DNA of 55,526 nt from positions 1 to 55,526 of the IMG/VR virus record IMGVR_UViG_3300006046_000007. One strand, given 5' to 3'. The notes under the pieces are model-generated. The model had not been told where the DNA came from. It saw nothing but the letters and a program-made list of their open reading frames with translations, and searched no databases. Of the stretch, positions 49,582-55,526 are shown one piece after another (the first letter of the stretch is position 1; each line of letters opens with the position of its first letter). Made by a program: the position numbers and the translations under genes. This DNA is from a virus (taxonomy: Duplodnaviria; Caudoviricetes).

Positions 49582-51405
49582 CTAGATGTCTGCTAGTCTG
49601 AAGCCAATAGACCACATATACCAAGCATCTTGAGAGTCGATCGGAGTGAGACCATGATCGGCTTGGAACTTGTTCGGAATATGGACATTGGACTGCTGGT
49701 TCCAGTACAGCTGCTCGCGCATCGAAACGTCTTCATCGTCGCACTTCTTGGCAATATAGGGTAGGAAGCCTTCGAAATTGTATTGGTGATCTGCCGGTCC
49801 AGTGACTTTTGCACCGCCGACAAGATAACGAGGCTTCTGAGTAAGATCGGTTGCATCCGCACCCGAGCGAACCCAAGGAGAGACATCGCCGTCCAGAGAG
49901 TGATGAATCGGAATGCCGACTTCCCAAGTGGCATACATATTGAGTTGGTCTGAGATATCTGTTCCGCCTGGGCCACCAGTCGTGCGCCACGTGTGCAACG
50001 CATTGAATATGGGATCAATGTAGTAACCGTACTTATTTCTAGCGTTACCACTCCAAACAGACCCAGTCGGATAGCCTGCCGGATCGTACTCAATCAACGG
50101 GTTAGTCGCGCTGATGGTGCGTCCTGCAGGATACGCCGAACAGCACATGCCATGCAGATATCTGGCGATCGGTAGGAAACGAGTGCCAGAACCACCTGTA
50201 CGAATTTGGTTACCCGTCATGTCTACCCATAGGGATGCTTTGGGGAACCTTCTTACGCCGGCAGGAGATTGGGTGATGACATCGAAGCAAGCAGCCATGT
50301 TATCAATGAATCCCTGTGGCAGATTGCCAGACGTATATCCGGTGTTGTTGTCAATCTCGTTTCCAATGGCGAAGTGGTATTCACAGCTTCGTCTCGCTGA
50401 AGACCCAGCTCCCTCGTAGAAGGTGATCAATTCGGTTTCCAAGTCCCCCGGCAAGGAAGTAGCTGTCGGGTTGTGTCCACCGTCAGTTTGTGCAATGACA
50501 CGAGGAGCATAGGTGTTGAACCTGTTGATTGTGTCAGGGAAATCGTAGACTCGAACCGCATCGATCTGAGTTCGATACGCTGGAACTCCGTCTGGAACCG
50601 ACTGTCCCATTACTGGATCGTCGACGGTGACACGGGCTGTACGAATTGTCTTGAAGTCTGCCCAGTTAGTGCCGCCAGACCAGCCGCCAGCGTTGAACCG
50701 ACGGATGTTAATGTTCAGATAGTCAGTACCTGGAGTCAAGGGAGACCAGACGAACGACACTGCATTCGGGTCAATGTCGATGTTGAGATTGACATTGCCT
50801 TGCCAAATGCCGTACTTGGTTCCGCCGTCAGTCGCCGCCCCAACAGAAGCCGTCCATGACAGTTTAACTGAGGTGGAAGTAATGTTGGTAACGACAAGAG
50901 TTCTTGGAGGGTTCGGCGGGTTGGTAACAACGCCGAGCCATTGAACCTCGAATGTGGATGAGTAATCGCCAAGTCCATCGGCATTCTCACCTCGCACCCT
51001 GAATTGGATTCTCTCCTCTGGAGCTGTGTGTGTCGGCACCGTCAAAGAGAGGATCCCGAACACGTCATGAGCATATGGCGAACCAGTGACTGCAGTCCAT
51101 GCACCGTAAGTCGCACCATCATCAATGGAGATACGACTCTCGACGTCCCATTGCAGAATCGCCGGGCCAACAGCACCCTCTGCTGGTGTCCATGACACGT
51201 TGGCAGTGGATCGAGAGGTCAAGGTAGCTGAGACAGTAGGTGCTTTGGGTGTCTGTGGGGTATAAGGGATACCTGTGTTCGCGAACGACACCGGTAGATA
51301 GATTGGGGGACTAATAAGAGGTTCGCCTTCCCAACCAAGAAAGAGACTCCAATCAATTGGACCTCTGAGACTGCCGTCTGGCTGTTTCTGATAGAAATTG
51401 ACCAT
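49582..51405 (-). CDS. Virion protein with two fibronectin-III domains and a possible glycoside hydrolase domain
   Basis: Fn3 patterns (P.AP.V...VSWTP; QFRVRGEN..G; PP..L.V..ITSTSVKLSW); C-terminal IGNEID and WEVG. Confidence 0.55.
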   Translation of the reverse strand: MVNFYQKQPDGSLRGPIDWSLFLGWEGEPLISPPIYLPVSFANTGIPYTPQTPKAPTVSATLTSRSTANVSWTPAEGAVGPAILQWDVESRISIDDGATYGAWTAVTGSPYAHDVFGILSLTVPTHTAPEERIQFRVRGENADGLGDYSSTFEVQWLGVVTNPPNPPRTLVVTNITSTSVKLSWTASVGAATDGGTKYGIWQGNVNLNIDIDPNAVSFVWSPLTPGTDYLNINIRRFNAGGWSGGTNWADFKTIRTARVTVDDPVMGQSVPDGVPAYRTQIDAVRVYDFPDTINRFNTYAPRVIAQTDGGHNPTATSLPGDLETELITFYEGAGSSARRSCEYHFAIGNEIDNNTGYTSGNLPQGFIDNMAACFDVITQSPAGVRRFPKASLWVDMTGNQIRTGGSGTRFLPIARYLHGMCCSAYPAGRTISATNPLIEYDPAGYPTGSVWSGNARNKYGYYIDPIFNALHTWRTTGGPGGTDISDQLNMYATWEVGIPIHHSLDGDVSPWVRSGADATDLTQKPRYLVGGAKVTGPADHQYNFEGFLPYIAKKCDDEDVSMREQLYWNQQSNVHIPNKFQADHGLTPIDSQDAWYMWSIGFRLADI

Positions 51406-52868
51406 TAGAGCCCCTTGAGTGCATCAATCTTAGTCGCCCACTGTCCCGTTTGTGTAGCAGTGCCACTGAGCGAGACTAACGTCGACAATGATCCGCCGCC
51501 GATCGCGCTCAAGATCTGATAGCCGACCCAGAGTCGGCGACCGTTCGTGGCGTTGTCAGATAGATGATCTGCAATCTGTCCTCCCGACCATGGACCAGTG
51601 CCTGCAATGTCTCGGGTGTTCGGCGCGCTGCCGGCCGAGATGCAAGCTGCGCCGATGAGAATCTCACTCGGCTGAGCAGTATTTCCAGGGAGCGCTACAG
51701 TAGCAGCAGTCAGCGTGGCTGACGAGGCTCCACCATTGACGTTCTGCTGGTCTCTTGGTGAAGAGGAGATCAAGTTGGGCAAACTGTAGATGGCGGCGAT
51801 GAGGTGAACTCGGTTGATCGCATTGTTCGACACATCGCGAGCGGTAAAGGTGATCGTTGAACCGGCTGACGCAGGGCCAGACAGCTTGACGAAACCATTG
51901 AGAACGCCGGCGGTGGTGTTCGGGATGGAAAGTGTTCCAAAGTCGAAAGTACCTGTGCCCGGACCAGTCCCACCGAAGGCTGCAGAGAAGTGATCGAACG
52001 GAGTCTCGTTTGACCAGCCGAGCGAGAATCCAATGTACTCGCCCGCGACCATGGCCGAGGGAATCTGAAGCACGACGTTGTTGGCGGCTCGGACAGAGTC
52101 GACATCCAGAATAGTCGGAATCAGAGATGCTGCAGCCGGCAACTTTCCGACCAAACCATAGGACGGAAACGTTCCAGGTGGTACGGATCCCTCTTCGATG
52201 ACGACAGTAGGGACGAAAAACTGCTGCCAATTCTCTGGAGCCAAGCGTAGGCTGGCATCTACTCCAGCAAAGTTAAGAGTCATGTCCGTCGGTTCCATCG
52301 CCGCAGTGGTTCCACTGAACATTCCAACATCGCCATCTGTGAACGGAACGTCAGATACATCCGCAAACTGATTCCAGGACCCGGACTTATCTGCCTTGCC
52401 GGTTAACGCGGTTGTGACAGAAGCAGACAATGCCGCAATAGATGCGTTTATTGTTGTTGCAGATGCGGTTATGGCAGCAGTCACATAGTCAGCTACTCGT
52501 TTAACAGCAGGAACACGAGCAAGGTCTGTTCCTGTTGTCATCTCGGTAGGACTAGCAAGCTCGACAATACCAGCGGCAGTCTCCGTTGCAGCCGAAGCCG
52601 ATGGAATAGAAGCTACAGCCGCAGCAATTTGAGTATTGACAAAGTCCACAACTCGTTTCACAGCAGGAACTCGAATCAAGTCCGTGCCGGTAGTCATCTC
52701 AGCTGGAGATGCAAGTTCTACGTTTCCCGCTTGAGTTTCTGATGCAGCACGCACGCCAGCAGCAACGCCAGCTTCGATTCTCTCCAAGTCAGTTGAAAGA
52801 ATAGGAGTCGTTTCAGATGGCTCATCCTGCCAATCCTTCGGTGGAAAATCATAAATACTCACAGGCAA
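51405..52868 (-). CDS. Tail fibre-like / minor tail protein
   Basis: Tandem repeat A(S/T)ET.AG.VELASP.EMTTGTDL.RVPAVKRV.D(F/Y)V; beta-rich C-terminus. Confidence 0.65.
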   Translation of the reverse strand: MPVSIYDFPPKDWQDEPSETTPILSTDLERIEAGVAAGVRAASETQAGNVELASPAEMTTGTDLIRVPAVKRVVDFVNTQIAAAVASIPSASAATETAAGIVELASPTEMTTGTDLARVPAVKRVADYVTAAITASATTINASIAALSASVTTALTGKADKSGSWNQFADVSDVPFTDGDVGMFSGTTAAMEPTDMTLNFAGVDASLRLAPENWQQFFVPTVVIEEGSVPPGTFPSYGLVGKLPAAASLIPTILDVDSVRAANNVVLQIPSAMVAGEYIGFSLGWSNETPFDHFSAAFGGTGPGTGTFDFGTLSIPNTTAGVLNGFVKLSGPASAGSTITFTARDVSNNAINRVHLIAAIYSLPNLISSSPRDQQNVNGGASSATLTAATVALPGNTAQPSEILIGAACISAGSAPNTRDIAGTGPWSGGQIADHLSDNATNGRRLWVGYQILSAIGGGSLSTLVSLSGTATQTGQWATKIDALKGL

Positions 52869-52876
52869 CTCCCTTC

Positions 52877-53389
52877 TTATCCAGTTGAACCAGACGCAGC
52901 ACGGCGCTGAGCGTTAAGACGACGGTATTCTTCACTTTGTTGAGCCTTAGTCATCGGCTTAGGTTTAGTTTGCTTAATGCCAGCGATCTTCACTAGCGTC
53001 ATGAGGCGGTCCAGATGCCAACTTTCAACCTCGAAAGGGATGTTGAATTGAACCAACCAATAGTAAATCAACTCTGAAGTGATTACTTCGTTGCTAGGCT
53101 TAACATTTGGGTCATCTCTGAACCAAGTCGCAGACTGTTTATCATTGATATAATCAGTAATAGCTTTGATATTGTCTGGCGAAAGTCTGTTGAGGAAATC
53201 GTCAGGGACATTTTCAGTCAAGAGCATACATTTAATGTACGCTGCACCTTCTTTGGGGCTCTTCTCTTCCTTGCCAAAGAACGGTTTCTTGTACTGGGAC
53301 TCCCATTTTGATAGAGAAACCAGAGAATGCTCAAAAGAGAGCTCGACGGCATCAAAGTCGTCGGAAGCTGATAGGATGACAGTAAGCAT
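52877..53389 (-). CDS. Tail assembly chaperone
   Basis: Follows the major tail gene; EHSLVSLSKWES..KKPF, TSELIYYW, WHLDRLMTL. Confidence 0.7.
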   Translation of the reverse strand: MLTVILSASDDFDAVELSFEHSLVSLSKWESQYKKPFFGKEEKSPKEGAAYIKCMLLTENVPDDFLNRLSPDNIKAITDYINDKQSATWFRDDPNVKPSNEVITSELIYYWLVQFNIPFEVESWHLDRLMTLVKIAGIKQTKPKPMTKAQQSEEYRRLNAQRRAASGSTG

Positions 53390-53418
53390 TCCCCAGTTTC
53401 CCTTCAATTTAGGTCGAC

Positions 53419-54300
53419 TTAGTAGTCGTAAACCCAGTCGGTGTCGCCGGTCAGGACATAGCCGGTTGCAGCATGGGCCCTGATCTCTGAAGACTGACCA
53501 GTAGTCATGGCGGCCTGAGCACCGTTCGAGGCATCCACGCCGTTGATCGTCCAAGTCACACCGGTGACAGTAGGCAGGGTAACCACATGAGTGCCTGCGT
53601 TGTAAGTCGGCTGGCGAGTAGAGACACCCATGTCGACAGTAGTGAGACCAGCACCAAACAGTGCAATGACATCTTCCGGCGAAGGTAGCATCGGATTGCC
53701 TGATTGGCCGTACAAGAGGTCTTCGAGGGTGGCAAGATCGCCAGAGTCGACCTTCGTCGAATCAATGATAAGCTGAGCCGTTGGCTTCATACTACCACCA
53801 GCAGTAATCGGAACAGTAGCGACTTCCCACGAGAAGGTAATAGCTTCGGGAGAGTCATTGATCGTGGCATAAGCCTTCTCCGAAGGAGCAGCCGTCGCAC
53901 CATAGATCAGATGCAGCTTGTAGCCGAAATCTGATCCAGCAACGTCATTGCCTAAACGAGTCCGATAACAGAAACCGAAGGTGGTACGACTCTGCTGACC
54001 GACGTGAACGCCGGGAGAAGGTGAAGCAACACCGTCGAACTGCAAGAACTCGTCGGGGAAGGTGTAGGCCTCGATCGTTGCGCCGAAGATTTCGGCCGAT
54101 CGAAGGTCAAGGTACTTGATGTTGTCGGCGTACAGCGCCGTAGCCTCGGCACCCGAAGGTGATTCCGTGACCGTAGTGAGGCCATTCCAGGCAACACCAT
54201 CGCTGTAGTCGCCGGCCTCATCTGGGATGAAGAGAACACCGTGATCCACGCCGGTTTCATACAGACGTGTTCCAGTGTCGTCCCAAGTGAGTCGGGTCAT
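53419..54300 (-). CDS. Major tail protein
   Basis: LTWD..G.RLYETGVDHGV...YADNIKY...; C-terminal Ig-like domain. Confidence 0.9.
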   Translation of the reverse strand: MTRLTWDDTGTRLYETGVDHGVLFIPDEAGDYSDGVAWNGLTTVTESPSGAEATALYADNIKYLDLRSAEIFGATIEAYTFPDEFLQFDGVASPSPGVHVGQQSRTTFGFCYRTRLGNDVAGSDFGYKLHLIYGATAAPSEKAYATINDSPEAITFSWEVATVPITAGGSMKPTAQLIIDSTKVDSGDLATLEDLLYGQSGNPMLPSPEDVIALFGAGLTTVDMGVSTRQPTYNAGTHVVTLPTVTGVTWTINGVDASNGAQAAMTTGQSSEIRAHAATGYVLTGDTDWVYDY

Positions 54301-54311
54301 TCTGGTTCCTC

Positions 54312-54635
54312 CTAGTAATAGATCGAGAAGACGTCATGGTTGAGACCGGACGTCACAAAGTGGCGACTAAATGCGCTCAATGGAAGTTGAATGAGTGCAT
54401 CGATTGGATCACCATCGGGGTTATGATCGATGTACGTGACTTGATACCGTTGCTTAAAATAGTAAACAATATTATCAGCATGATCGGCATCAACGTTATC
54501 CCGCTCGTAAACGATACAAGGATATTGGATCTCCTGGGCGGTAGGTGGCTGGAAGTAGACGTTACCGTCTTCTCCTAGTAAGTCCAAAAGCATGCTATGA
54601 AAAGCTAGCCTACGCTCTTGGCCCATTGTACACAC
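54312..54635 (-). CDS. Tail terminator
   Basis: NVYFQPP...YPCIVYE...HADN..Y; position in the head-tail cluster. Confidence 0.75.
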   Translation of the reverse strand: MCTMGQERRLAFHSMLLDLLGEDGNVYFQPPTAQEIQYPCIVYERDNVDADHADNIVYYFKQRYQVTYIDHNPDGDPIDALIQLPLSAFSRHFVTSGLNHDVFSIYY

Positions 54636-54933
54636 CCCCCAATGAAAGAATTAGGCGAGGTCTGTCTGCGTCTACCGAAGTGACTGTCCAGAGAGACCCC
54701 GCCCATTCCACGTACTTGATCTGAAGATAATTCCCTAGTGCGAACGCATCGGCAACGATAGAAATCCGGCTTTGCATTCGGACATCATCATTGACTTTCT
54801 CGGACGCAGATAATGCTCGCACATCATTGAGAATATCTCCATAGTAGGCCCGCTCGGTGATCTCGTCCGACCACACACCTGGTACGGTTTCTTCGGATAC
54901 ACCGTATCCGATCGTGCCGTAAAAGCGTGCCAT
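54610..54933 (-). CDS. Head-tail connector (stopper/closure) protein
   Basis: ARFYGTIGY...PGVW...YYGD...RPRLIL.LGG.YNG; position. Confidence 0.7.
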   Translation of the reverse strand: MARFYGTIGYGVSEETVPGVWSDEITERAYYGDILNDVRALSASEKVNDDVRMQSRISIVADAFALGNYLQIKYVEWAGSLWTVTSVDADRPRLILSLGGVYNGPRA

Positions 54934-54942
54934 GATGACCCG

Positions 54943-55526
54943 TTAGACAGCGACGCCGGTGAAGTCCCACTCGTCCTGCGCGTTGTTGGGGAAGTACTTA
55001 CCCGCAGCAGCGATCGCGATGACGTGCAGTTCCTGACCCTCAGTCAGCGTAACCGGGGAACCAGTTGTAAGGGTCGCACCTGCAGCGTTGTCGACCTTGT
55101 ATGTAACGTTCGCAACAGTCGGAACCGTAACAGTGCTGGTGCCTTCATCGAACACAGGAGCAGTCGGCTGAGCAAGCTGAACATCAGTGCTGACGTGCGC
55201 ACGGAAGACCAGAGCTGACTTCGGCACAGTCAGAGCACCTGAGACCCGAGTCTCGATCAGGTAGAGGAGCTTGTTGTAGTCAAGGTCGAAGTCGTCGAAC
55301 ATCGTGGCCTGGCCACCACGGTCTGCACCAAGGGTGTAGTCCGCAAGATTGACCATGACACCGACAAGGGTGTCATCGCGCTCCATGACCTCCACCGGAA
55401 CAACGTCCTTCACACGAAGAACAGCGGCGATGTCAGCGAGCGTGTTGTAGAGGCGCCGACCAAAGCTGTCCTTGACCGTGAGGAATGCACCAATGGTAGC
55501 TTCCGTGGTATAGAACGTCGGAGTGC
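54943..55526 (-). CDS. Major capsid protein, C-terminal part (5' truncated by the window)
   Basis: VNLADY.LGADRGG...FDDFDLDYN...YLIETR.SGAL..P; C-terminal Ig-like domain similar to that of the major tail protein. Confidence 0.85.
   Translation of the reverse strand, partial: TPTFYTTEATIGAFLTVKDSFGRRLYNTLADIAAVLRVKDVVPVEVMERDDTLVGVMVNLADYTLGADRGGQATMFDDFDLDYNKLLYLIETRVSGALTVPKSALVFRAHVSTDVQLAQPTAPVFDEGTSTVTVPTVANVTYKVDNAAGATLTTGSPVTLTEGQELHVIAIAAAGKYFPNNAQDEWDFTGVAV

Noticed and set aside
52869-53389. Programmed frameshift in the tail assembly chaperone
   Set aside because: No clear slippery site with a downstream overlapping frame was seen, and the tape measure gene is not adjacent
1-55526. 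Integrase, repressor, endolysin, terminase, portal
   Set aside because: None recognised; packaging genes and endolysin probably lie outside the window, so lifestyle cannot be called

Overview
Most of a tailed-phage (siphovirus-type) genome, with essentially every real gene on the minus strand. From high to low coordinates: major capsid C-terminus, head-tail and tail genes, tape measure, Dit/Gp37-like proteins, holin, an array of promoter-small gene-terminator cassettes (33.5-39 kb), conserved core genes, a 1223-aa helicase-primase-PolB fusion, an SSB, a ~2.5 kb mostly non-coding island (18.7-21.1 kb), a second cassette array (15.6-16.6 kb), many small accessory genes, a helicase, a candidate origin, nucleases and a 917-aa protein with the two-barrel RNA polymerase motif (SGADFDGD). 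The gene set resembles actinobacteriophages of the AM/AU/AW/BI/CC/DJ type; this is recalled similarity, not a search result. Main discoveries: (1) an RNA-processing island with two pistol self-cleaving ribozymes, each followed by a ~200-260 nt structured RNA ending in a conserved small pseudoknot, headed by a tRNA-like element with an abnormal anticodon arm; (2) a phage RNA polymerase plus 17 copies of a 29-bp non-sigma70 promoter-like motif driving modular cassettes, some apparently encoding only short structured RNAs; (3) a strongly strand-biased CTATATT heptamer. All structures and counts were done by eye.
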